Both the position numbers and the translations under genes were made by a program. Below the pieces are notes generated by a model. It saw only the letters and a program-made list of their open reading frames with translations. It had not been told where the DNA came from and searched no databases. DNA of 57,300 nt, filler included, from Streblomastix strix (taxonomy: Eukaryota): assembly GCA_008636045.1 (NCBI GenBank). It is 2 parts of 2 records of this genome, joined end to end, with 100 filler letters (N's around TTAATTAATTAA, not from the genome) between each part and the next. Parts side by side here need not be neighbours in the genome. Positions count along the whole stretch, not along the records: positions 28,732 to 57,300 come from SNRW01000120.1; 1 more part is not named here. One strand, 5' to 3'. This document shows, piece after piece, positions 44,831 through 57,182 of the stretch; position 1 is the stretch's first letter, and each line of letters begins with the position of its first letter.

Positions 44831-46139
44831 ATGTCAACAAGATTGTACTCGCCATAGCCTTTCCTGTCACATCCTGACAACATAGTCAGAAACAGGTTAA
44901 CAATTTTCTTTTTTATTTTAATTTATCATTATTTCAAATCATTACTTTATTAGAGCCCTAAAGACACACCAAAAATATCTACCATTGAAAGACCCATTTA
45001 ACATTCATTAAACTTAGAAATAAGAAAATAAAGATTCATAATTTCAATCGAATGATGAAATTTCATCAGATTAATCATTAAATTCAGATAATGAAATCAA
45101 TGATTAGTTTCTATTATCCTCAAACTCAAAACATCAAAGAATTCCAAATTCAATCCAAGAATAACAACAAATGTCTGATGATTTATTTTAATAATAATCC
45201 TTTATTTCTCCAGAAAAAGACAATTCATAAAATAAATATCAATCAATTATTTCTTAATCTAATTCCTAATCTAAATAATAAAAACCATTTTAATCTTCAT
45301 CTTCACCATTTTCATCTCAATTAGGAATATAATCAAATTCTATTTCTGAATCTGAATCTGGACTGAAATTCGGATAACAATCAAATTTATTTGAATAAAA
45401 TCGAAATTCATTATTTGGATAATCAGAAGATTAATAATATTCTTCATCAACGCCAAAATAATCATCATTATTATAAAGATTGTCATCATTATCATCTTCT
45501 TCATCAAATAAAGAATCTAATAATATATTTAATCAAAATAACAAAACATCAAATAATATGAATTCAATTTCATTATCATAACCATAACAATAACAATAAC
45601 AATAAATTCCAATTTTTGCTTCACCTTCTCTTTATTAATAACATTCATCTTCTTCTTCATCTTCTTCTTCATCATCTCCATTATTATCAACTTCTAATAC
45701 TCATTCTATTTCATTAACTACAAATCAATTCAGTTCTCCATCAATATTCAATACTAAATCTTCTCTTAATTCAAATTCAAACTCAAATTAATTTAATCTA
45801 TCGAGTGAACCAAATAAAATGTCATTATTTGAATAGATTTTTAATTCTAATGAATAATCTAATTCAAAATCGCCAATTTCATTTCTATAATCAATGTATA
45901 TTAATAACAATTCTTATGATAATTCTCCTTCTAAATCAAAATTTAATCTTCTTTCAAAACTCTAAAATAATTAATCAAACGATAAATAATAATTATCTTT
46001 ATTTGAAAAGATAAAAAACGATTCAAAAGAAACAAATTCAAAAAACAATGAAAATTTGATTTTCACTTCATTTTCATCTTCATTCATAGAACTCGAATTT
46101 ATTCAGGTCTTTCACTCTTGGTTCAGGTTTCTGATTTGA
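44831..46139 (+). CDS. Ser/Gln/Asn-rich hypothetical protein (intron 44896-44953) overlapping the nitroreductase 3' end
   Basis: ATG at 44831, a phase-2 GT-AG intron, and a frame open to TGA 46137-46139. Confidence 0.55.
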
Positions 46140-46686
46140 ATATCCAACTGAGAATGCCAATCCAAATACATGATTCTCAGGAACGTTTATGATCTTTTTA
46201 ATGGCATCTTCCCATGCTAAACCAGGAAATCCTAACGGACATGTGCGTAGACCGACTTCCTGAGCTGCGAGCATTAAAGCCTGATATATAGATAGATATA
46301 TATTGTAATATTATAGTAGTTATAGTTAATAAAGATGTATATACCAAGCTCTGAATTCCTCCATTGATGGCTGAGTCAGCTGGTTGAGTCATTACTATAA
46401 CTGCTGGCGCTGAAAAGAATATCGGATCCTTTTCGTTGTATTTGAACTTGAACATTTCGGCGATTTCTTTGAAGTTGATTGTTTTTGGCGCATTTTGCAC
46501 AGTGACTTGCGAGATCTGATTGATCTTTTCTTTATTTGTTAAAATGTGATAATGAGTTAATTGTCTATTGCCACCTGTTGGTGCTTTCAACGCTGATTGT
46601 ACTATGTAAATCAGTTTTTCCCGTTCTACTGGCTTATCTTCATACTCTCGGGTCGACTGTCTCTCCTCTAAAAGCTGGCGAAACAT
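46080..46686 (-). CDS. Nitroreductase family flavoprotein (180 aa, one intron 46344-46281)
   Basis: ERQSTREY, ALKAPTGGNRQ, APAVIV and LMLAAQEVGLRTCPLG...FSVGY. The phase-0 GT-AG intron joins the two provided ORFs. Confidence 0.9.
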
Positions 46687-47052
46687 CTTTAAAATAAAAA
46701 TAAAAATTTCCAGCAATAAAATAGAGTAATTTAACAAATGGTTTGTATCATTTGATTTGATAATGTATAATAAGATGTTTAAAAAATTTATAACAGTTAG
46801 TACATTATGGTTTGAGAAATAAAATTAGAACAAGTTAAAAAGCTCTAGATCTCTATAAATAATTAACATTTTATATTGCAAGAATCACTTACAAGCATTG
46901 TTTAATCTTTCACAAACATTGAATAATTATAACAGTATATTTACAATAAAATTAAGTAACTAAAAAACAGATACTACTAATTAGTATGAAATGAATAGTG
47001 ACTGTTCATAAATGAAAAATAGAAAAAACTGAACGTACCAAACTGCTCATAT

Positions 47053-47739
47053 TCAGCGCCTGCGAATGAAAAGGTTTAGTATCGTTGCTTTTGCGTAGTT
47101 TGCATAATCCAAGATTTTACCATTATTTCCATTGTTTTTCATTTACGCTTCTATTTCTTCATTGGCTCCTTCTTCTTCCATTTATTCTTCAGTATTTCGA
47201 GCAAGTAATGGAAGTGGTTGGAAGGATGGTTTATAATCATTATTTCTCCCTTAATATAGATCTTTGAGGAACCAGTAGATGCAATTCAATCCATAAAAGA
47301 TCTCCTAATCTTACTCCTCGCCGATGCCTCCAGCTGTACTGAATGTAATGGACATCACTCTTCCATATCCATTATTAATAAGTTCTGTTTAATTTTATTC
47401 GTCTCCATATTCTTGAATCAGACTAAGACAATCTCTACTCCAGATTCTTATTTCTAATCTCTAATTATCTACATCTAAATCAATGCGGTTACCAAGTCTG
47501 AAAGTGACAAGTGCTGAGAGTGATCGAAGAAGAGTCGGAATTTAAGTAACTGATTTACAGGCAATGTTATCCCATATTTGATCTCTAAGATAGTAAAGAT
47601 AAGCTGAAATTTCAACAAGAGATGGTGTTGGTTCCGAATCTGATTATTTATTTTGTTTTCCTTGCTTGTTTTATGCGTATGAATCAGTGAATGTAATTAT
47701 GGCTCTTGCTGCATTTTAGATTTAATAGTCCGATTGCAT
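47053..47739 (-). CDS. Helical hypothetical protein of a lineage-expanded family (TAGGIGEEQD...QPLPLLAR...EEEGANEEIEAQ)
   Basis: 229-codon frame open under TAR=Gln and ending in TGA. The 5' end is uncertain. Confidence 0.65.
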
Positions 47740-48097
47740 TTTAGACTGATTCTTATATTATAAAAATATAATATGATATGATAAATATGATAATTATAAG
47801 TTAAAGAATAAAATTAAGGTTAAAATATATGTATTAAATAAGTAAGAAAGGCGGATTAAAGCTTTATTTAAAAATAAATTCTCAACATTTGCTGGAAATA
47901 TAGTATTATATTTATTCTGTGATTTATAAGAATTTAAGTTGTAAGTTTAATAAAGTTGAATAAAAAATTATTAAAATTATATTCAGTTTTCTGTATCACT
48001 TCCAAAAAGCAAAATTATATGAAATATTTTGAACGAGCAATTAAGAAGCGATAATTATTTAAAATAAATAAAATTTTTGAGATATAGTTATATATAT

Positions 48098-49071
48098 TTG
48101 GGGATGTCAACCCAACCACCCAGAGCCCGACCTACCCACTCAATCAATAAAAAACGACCCAAAATAAAAAAAATTTAAAATAAAACAAATTTTTTTAAAT
48201 GGTTCAGATTTGAATAATAATATATTAAATACATTTCAATGTTTATGTATAATATGTTTGTATACATTAAAACAATAAATATAGTTTCAATAAAAAAAAA
48301 TTTTTCTAAAAATTAGTACGGGTCGTCATGTGTAAACTCTTTTTCGCGCCCAGTTTATTGCATTATTAATATTAATTATTATAATTTTGCATAATTATAT
48401 CAATATCATATTTCTATCTTAATCATTTTATATATTATTATCTATCAGGCACGCAATTCAAGCTATAATCCAAATTTAGCTTAAAAAAAAACGACCCGAC
48501 CCGACCCGACCCGACCCAACCTAGTCTGCGTCATTCCAAATAAGAGTATTTACCACTGTTCTTCGAAAGATTTAATTTTAATACGTTTTATAAATAAATA
48601 TTTTAGTAAAATATGGATTCAAATTAGCCTCTATTAGCACTTTGGGTAAAATTTTAATCTCAACAGTATGTCCCTCAGCCAATATCTTTATCTTTAATTT
48701 TTATTTTATTTTTTAACTTTATATGTTTATTAACTTATTTGAATTAATTACAATTACCATTATGATACTGTTTGCATCAAACAAAATTATTTTTATTTTT
48801 TACCAATTCTTTTATGTATCACAAGTATTTTTTAATAAATAGCATATTTAATAATTTAATATATTTAAATTATCACTAAATAATAACATATATACATATA
48901 ATTCTGATTATTTGTTGATGCTATTTAGATTTTATTACTTTTTTTTCTTTTTTCAATTTTTTCAGCATAAAGAAAAACACTAATTTTGCAATATCATATA
49001 TTTATTCTTACCCACAGAACTTTGACAGACCCACCCATCCACAACCCTCTGGGTCAGTTTGGCATCCCCAA
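48098..49071 (-). mobile_element. Non-autonomous TIR element related to 31554-32569, in opposite orientation
   Basis: TIRs TTGGGGATGTCAA ... TTGGCATCCCCAA and (ACCCG)n repeats at ~48495-48520. It truncates CYFIP exon 2. Confidence 0.7.
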
Positions 49072-49418
49072 TATAGTTTTTACAGTTTTATCATCTGCCA
49101 AATCTGCCAACGCACTTATCGCTTGCTGTACAATCAGAAAAACAAGGAAAATTAAATATAAAGTCCGTTTACATTGTGCATCTGTGGAGTTGAATTGTTT
49201 ATATAATCTATTTCATAAGTTAAGTCCCTTATCTTACTTGTGGATAAAATCGCAAAGCATCGATAAAGCGCCACGGGTTCTAATATGAATCATTATCTCG
49301 AACTTGCGTCAGTAACGCCGCTGGAGCTACCTATGGCTGCACCGATGGGAGTGCTACTAGTGCGGGTAGGACGTTCACTGTCCTAAAGCTATCGTCTGAC
49401 TTGTTCAGCTGATTCATT
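49072..49418 (-). pseudogene. CYFIP: Second, truncated copy of the CYFIP 5' end
   Basis: MNQLNKSDDSFRTVNVLPALVALPSVQ...FIDALRFYPQ, homologous to 28900-29222 and ending at the MITE. Confidence 0.65.
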
Positions 49419-50036
49419 CATGATAAATTCAGGAATTAACGACGATTATTAAATTAAAATTTTAAAAAAAAATTAATTAATAAAATATCATTATTTTGAA
49501 ATATTTCTTAATTAATATTTATTTCATGAACATTATTAAGAATATAAATGTTCATCGTGAACTTCCATGCGAGATGTTGCTGAAATTTTGGCTTTTGCTG
49601 TTCTTAACGCATTGTACTTACTTTTGACTCGTCATATTTACATTCCTTATATATTCATGAGTCCAAAAGGATTCTTCAATTATTTATTAATTTTTGTATT
49701 CTTTGTTTCGTAAATGATATTTTTTTAAAATTATCAAAATTCTGCTATAAATATGCATTTATTTTACTTATTTATTGCAAATTTGTATGTTATTTTAGTT
49801 CGCCGATTTTAATCTAATAATTTTCAGATTAAATTCAATCATCCTATTCTTTAGTGCAAAAAATGAACTTTTTCCATTAATCCTTAATTTACTCGCTTAT
49901 CATTTAGATCTTGTGCATATTAATTATTCATAGTTACGCCATTTATAATCATCTAATCAATTTTACTTGTCTTTATTTGACATATTAATCTAAGATTACA
50001 CTTTAATTATATTTTCATTCTTATTTATTTTTAAGA

Positions 50037-51532
50037 ATGAAAAAAGAGAAAGAGAAAGATTTAAAAATCGCATAAACAAAAATTGAAGATCAAGAAAAAG
50101 AAATTGCGAAACTTCAATATCTACTTGCACATTCTTCAACATAATAATAACCGTAATAATAATAGTCAAGTATATAAGTAGTTTCAGTACCTACTATTGA
50201 TGAACAAGGCTATTTGTCATATCCAGCTGAACCACCTCCTTAATATCGACAAGCAATATATCAATAACAGGCATAATAACAAAATATAATTCCTAATTAA
50301 AATCAAATTCCAACAATTTCTTAAGTACCAATATATAAAACTTATCCTTCTAATACATTGTTAAATTCTGAAGCAATGAATGCAAAACTTAATCCTTTTT
50401 CTGGTGCACAATCTGGTATTATAAAAGAAATATATATTTAATTTAATAAACAATCAATTCTTAAATTTCTATAAATTTGTTTTAATTAGATATTTTATCT
50501 TCGTGTCCAATTGCGCATACTGCACAAATACCAAGTGAAGAAGATACTTAAGTTGATGGAGATACATTTACTTCGATTAGTGATAATAGTTCAACAATCC
50601 TCTTTGATCCTGTAATTAAGAAAGGAATTGTGAAATTTGAATTTCAGAGCATATACCACTTAAATGGTTATTTCCTATTTATTTTTATTGAAAATTGAAT
50701 AAATAATTTCAACTTTTTTATAAATTTTCATATAAATTCATTCTATATAATATTTATGATTATTTATCCAATAAACAGAAGTTGGAATCGCAGACAAAAC
50801 TGTGAAATATGAACGAAAGGATTTTCCTGATGAAAGAGGTATATAATATTTATTATTTGATTATGAATAAGATATAAAATACAAATTAAAATTATTATCT
50901 TTTTATTCTTTTATAATAATTTTATTAGGATAAGAGAAGATTGTTAGATATAATACATTGTATGTTTATTTTTCTTAAATTTATTATTTAATCTTTGATA
51001 CTTTTTATTTTAATTTATTTTTAATTAATTAGCGGTAAGATTGAACATATTGGTGATTTCATTGATGGAAATGCAAAGTTCTGGAATAATGAAGACCGTG
51101 TCACATTTGAGGTTTGTATGAATTGAGATGGATTTATTTATTATTAATATATTTGAAAATGAATGAAATTAAGTATTAATTTTATTTTATTATTTTTATT
51201 ATCAGATGGACATGGATTCAAGCCCGCGAACGTTGACATTCTTTGTCAATGATGAGGAGCTACCAAATTATGTTACTAACATCCCTGCTGCCGTCAGAGT
51301 TTGGGTAAGTGATTAAACAATTATTTATTTAAATATAATTATATATTAATAATCATTTATTCAATTTTATATTTTATCATATTTATTTATACTTATTTAA
51401 TAGGCATTTATGTTGTTTAAAAACGAATCATTCAAAGTATTAAAATTCGAAGCTCTTTCTGCTCCAACAGCAAAACACGGTGCAGGATCCCGTGCGTGAG
51501 AATATGGAACAAAATGGAAGAAAGATAAATGA
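50037..51532 (+). CDS. SPRY/B30.2-like domain protein, paralog B, with an in-frame TGA at 51497-51499 where paralog A has TGG
   Basis: Collinear with 29841-31366 with the same intron positions; the end reads GSRA*EYGTKWKKDK*. Confidence 0.7.
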
Positions 51533-52132
51533 AAGATTTAAGAGAAGATGAAAATAAGAAAAGATATTATGCTGTTAGAATGAATGTTTGATTCACTCTG
51601 ATTGATGAAGAATGATCCTGTTTTTGAATTTAACTCTTTAATAGTCAAATGTTGCATTTGTAAACTTTAGTCGTATTTAATAAAATAAATTCAAATATTA
51701 AAAGAGATGTACATTTTATAATTATATTGAAAGTTGATTGATCTTGCATTTTTATAACTCATATCTACAAATGTAAAAAGAATTAAAAAAAAATTATATT
51801 GTTAAAAGATAAAAAAAGTAAAATTTATTAGTGAATTAAAGAATATTGTAATTTGTATGTAAATGTATTTGACATATTATACATATCAATATTGAACATG
51901 AAATGAAATATAATGCAATACAATTTAATGAATTAATAAAAAAAAATTAATAAAAAAAGAAAATATTAAAAAAATTCTAACTTTAAATTCTCTTTTTTTA
52001 AATATATAAATATATCTATCTTATATTCTAAATTTATATGATCATATTACTAACTAAAGTTATCTCAATTATTAATATTTAATCAAATAATATATTCAAT
52101 TTTTTTATTTATATTCATATTCATATTTTGAT

Positions 52133-55100
52133 TCATTTATATATATAATTTGAATATCTCTTTGGTTGTTAGGATGATTGTAATTCATTATTTTAGAATT
52201 CGAATTATGGAGACGCATTGAAGTTCGAAATTTTGTTGTTATTGTTATTATTCATATCAGATGGACCAAGTTGAGATGTTTATTAGTTGTGAGAAGGTGC
52301 AGAAGTTTGCGGTTACTAAATATTAGGTATATCTTCAATTGCATATCTCTGCATCTATTAACGGAAAACACAAAATTCAACTAAAGGAGATTCATGTATT
52401 TCAATTAATTTATTAAAGTTTGGATTGAAGTCGAAGTTGTGCGTTATTTGATTCTATGGTTTTTGAACAGGTGGAATATCAGCAATAGCAACATCATCAC
52501 CTTATTTTGGTAGAAGTGCGGAATATTAATGAAAGAATAGAACCAATATTACATCAATTTTAAATGTATTCTGTGAATGTAGATCATGGAACTGATGAAT
52601 CAACCATTGATGAAGCATTCCATCCAGAAGATGTTCCACTTATTGAACCAAGAGAATTTTTAGTTATTGCATGGAGTGCAATTGAAACATTAAGAATTGA
52701 GAAGACATTTAGCATTAAATGTTGAAGTCTAAGTGCAAATGCAATATAACGCAATACATCAGCTTTTTGTCGTTTGCTTCAATACAAATCATCTTTTTCT
52801 TGCTTTGATATTCAAGCTAATGTTCGTGGTTATGCAACTGTCACTCTAACTTCGGTTATTCTTAATCCTGATCTCATATTAATTAGAAGACCTTATCCAT
52901 ATATATGAATCACTCAGCATAATCAAACAAAAACACAATCACCATTATCTGATCATAAATTGTCTCCATTGTCTTTGAATGAAACATCTTTCATAGCTCT
53001 TTGGAATCTGTAGTCTGATGGCAAATCATAAAAGAATTTCATCAATCATAGCATTTGCAAGTTCATAGATCATCAAAGGATCTTCCATCGACACAATATC
53101 TGTTGTTTATACCATCTCTCCAGATGAAAGACGCATTCCAACTTTTCATAATTCTGCTGCTAAACAAATCACATCTTTCTAACTTACACGAATTGCTTTT
53201 GCAAAAGTGAATTGTTAATGTTCATTCAATAATTATATGTTTTGAGATTGTGACATATTTCGAACTGCTTATCGTAGTCTTTACACAGCATAAGCAAATA
53301 GAGGTCTTTGAAGAATAATTGATGAATTCAATGCAGCAGGAGCTAATCTCAATTTACTTCCACTATTCATCAGTACTCATCCAACAACTTATTCTCTTTA
53401 TAATTCACAATCTGGATGTTGAAGTGGAATTCCATTTCAATGAAAACGAGATAAGAATCCAGGTATCTATGTCTGACTTGGATATGATGAACGAAAACTG
53501 TATCCAACAGATGCTGCATTCATACTCAATCCAATCGTATCTTCACTCGCAACTGCTTCATCAACAATAATCACAAATGATAAGATATTCCCAAGTCTTG
53601 TCATTAATGAACCTAATCTAGTATATCTCTGTTAATTATTTCTGAGCCCATTCCTTCTTTCATCATAAAATCTTCTATCTTCTTCACATCTTGCATCCAA
53701 AGCACTTGTGTTTCTAAATGCAAATGGAAGTGCAGTTATAAATAGCTCTTGAATCTTGTATTATTCCTTCAATTACATCTGGGAATAGATCGCACATGTT
53801 GGCAACAAGAATTCTTGGTTCATCTGGATCCTTCCAATGTAATAATACATTTATTGATTATAATTTGGATTACTAAAATGTTCTTATTCATCTCAACTTT
53901 ATTGACGAGCAGGTAATTGTTCTGCTGCATTTCCTTTCATAACTCTTCGAATAATATCAAATACTTCAAGATATCATGTTTCAACTAATTTCGCTGATTC
54001 GAATTTCTTATAATATCAATAGATGTTGTTAGGTAGGATGAATAGCAGTTATTGCACTCCTAATTTAGCTTCATTTTCAATCTTATCAAATAAATATCTC
54101 GACTTCAGTTGTCTCAATGCAGTATCTGCAGCTGCTGAATAAAGATCAAAGATCGCTAATAGTGTGTCTGTTTCAGATGGAAGATAGTTTAATGTATGTG
54201 TTGTTAATATACATGGCAATGAAGATTCAATTGGGAATTGAATGATATCTTCGAATGCTTTACCTCCTTCAATGAAGTCTTCTCGATACCACAATTGTCA
54301 TAAATCTCCAATAGTTCGAATGCAATCTTCAATATTCAATAAATGTGGGAATGCAAATAATCGAATCAACCATTCAAATAATATCTACTATTATTCTGGT
54401 TCAATATCAGCTGATGAGAACATTGATTTCAATAATGAAGGAGAACGAGGTGATGCAATGTTTGCAATGTTCGATTGAAGAATAAATAATTGTGTTGGAT
54501 GAATACGTGCACATTTAACACCAATCGCTGAAAGTGTGAATTCACGATCTTCTTTACCTTGAAGTGCTGGATCATGCGGGAATGACTCACCACCAGCCCA
54601 TGATGTTGATACTTCACGAATCTTAAGAACTTCTTAGAAGAATTGATTCTTTTTGTTTCGTTAACTTTTGTAAAGAAATCGACGAAGCATCAATTGCCAT
54701 AATTCTTAAACATCTCCAAATACTGCTCAATCAATTTCTCTTTTCACTTTAATGACATTCTTAAGCAGAAATTCTCTGAATTCAGTTATGTGCGTCACAA
54801 GTTTGCATAATCCTGTTTTTTCTTCAAATGATATGTTGTATCCAACACTCAATTCATACGCAGTTATCATACAGCCATCTTCATTTATCAATTTCTGATT
54901 CCGTTTCAAACTATTCATGTCCCAGCGAATATTTTTTTTTTGGTTTCTCACCTCCTTACATCGTTTAAGAAAGAAGAGCATCTTTGTTGATTGGAAATGC
55001 AAATTTCGTTGCAAGAAATTCCATATCGAATTATTTCATCTCTGATAAGATTCGGATAGCTTTTTTAAAGACTGATAAAATCATTTTATTGTCGGCTGTT

Positions 55101-57182
55101 ATTGCCTGATTATATTCAAATATAATTAATATGAAGAAAATGAAATTATATATTTAAATTTCAAAAATAATATTTATTAATATAAAAAATTTATATTAAA
55201 TTAAATTAATTATTAAATAATATTAAAATATTATTTTTTATTTTGCATACAAATTCATCTTTAGGTTTCAGACGCAATGCTTAACCATTTTAATCAATTC
55301 CAATTCCAAGACTCTGCTGATTGACTATATCATATAATATAATTAAAAATAAAATAAGATAAAAATAAATAAAAGCAAAATAATAAATTTAAGTAGATTT
55401 TACTTATAAAACATTTCTTTAATAATAATTTATTATTTCAATCATACTTTCACCTCCTTATCCAATCATTTGTGGATTGTTGAGTCTAACTCCATTTCGT
55501 TTTGATTCTGTACGAGTGCGAAGAATTGTTATTATTCTAAAGATTATAATTAAAAATATAAATATAAATATAAATATAAATATAAATATAAATATAAATA
55601 TAAATATAAATATAAATATAATTAATTAACATTAAATATTAATATATAATAATAATAATAATATTATTATATATTATATTATTTCATACCTTCCCATCGA
55701 AGAACAAACATATTCTCCATATACTGAAGCTGTTTCTGAAATATTCATCTTTTCTTTCTTATCACGAGATTTGTCTTCTGCATCATCCCAACTGAAATCT
55801 TTGCACTGATCAAAATAAAATATAAAAATAAATAATCGATTATTGCAAAATCAGTATAAATGAAATAATAAAATATAATAATATTTATTTATTTAAATTA
55901 TTTCAAACTTATCTCACAAGTTTCAAGGAGTTAATAAAGCATTAAAAGATTAATGGTACGTTTTGATTTTCATATAGAATTGTCTGAAATGAAAAAAAAA
56001 TATTAATAATTTAAAAAAAAATTATTATTTTTAAATAAGATTTATTTATTATTTTTATTTTTAGTAATCTTGTATTTAATTTATCATACTTTAATTAGAT
56101 CAAGATTCAATTCTCCTTTATGAAAAGTTGCCAGAACTCTTTTATTTTTATATTAGTTTATGTCTGGAACTTGACGACTATTGGAATTATGGATAAAACA
56201 AATATTGAAAAAAATTATTAATTAATAAATAAAAGAATTAGTTCAAATATTAAATTTATTATTTTGAAAATTAAATTATTTATATTGTAAACATTCTTTG
56301 CAACAACATCTTTTGCTCTGTAATACATTGTTAATCGATTTTTTCAGTGATCTTAATAAATAAATAAAATAAATAAAATTATTTATTTAAAAAATTTATA
56401 ATAAATATCAAAATAAATTATTTAATATTTTCTTCTTTGAATACTTTAATGGCGCCTTCAATCAAATACAATACAAGTCACATCACACGAATAAGCATAT
56501 ATTTCTCTTCCGGACTGAAGTATACATGACCATTATATAATTCTGCTGCTAACTTGCATAAGGCAACCATCCGAATATATCCTCTATATAAATATCAAAT
56601 AAATAATAAAATATGCTATAATATTAAATCAAAAATATTAATTGATAATCTATTAATAACATTCTGATAAATAAATATTATATATTTATACCCAGAAATT
56701 AAATGGAATGCTTTTCGATATGCGTTAATTATACAACTTTTATCAGCAAACAATTTTTGAAGTTCTAATGTTGACATATCTTGAATAGCATCTTGAGCGC
56801 TAGTTCTGAATTGATGCAAATAATAAAATGAATTGAAAATAATAGAATATTGATAAATAAATAAATAAATATTTGAATACGTAGAAGTTGTTCTCAAAAC
56901 TCGTTTCCGATGCGAGATTTCATTCGATGGTGATTCTTTTCGGTTGAATAGTTCGTTAAGGAGAAGAAGTTTATCCAATGTTTTCATATGTTAATAAAGG
57001 AAAGGTTCGGTGCAGATCGTCTGCATTGGGTCCATAACTGCCATGATTCATGTGATGTTCAGTAATGACTCAGAAAAACGAGATGTTAAATCTTTGAAGT
57101 TTATGAGTTTGTTCATTTCAGTCGTAAGCAGGTCCATTTAATGCGCATCAATTTAGGCCTAAACTTCTGGTCGGGTTTTAGA
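52133..57182 (-). pseudogene. CYFIP: CYFIP/Sra1/PIR121 (WAVE complex subunit) homolog, degenerate
   Basis: TEMNKLINF, YELSVGYNISFEEK and DL*QLWYRE...IQFPIESSLPCIL...AIFDLYSAAADTAL..LKSRYLFDKIENEA. It has many in-frame TGAs and frameshifts near 54935, 53035 and 52575. Confidence 0.85.
55553..55621 (+). repeat. (TAAATA)n hexamer microsatellite in a CYFIP intron
   Basis: About 11 tandem units visible. Confidence 0.85.

Noticed and set aside
52133..57182. CYFIP and transposase TGAs as proof of TGA recoding
   Set aside because: These copies also carry frameshifts, and the TGAs align to varied residues, so ordinary decay explains them.
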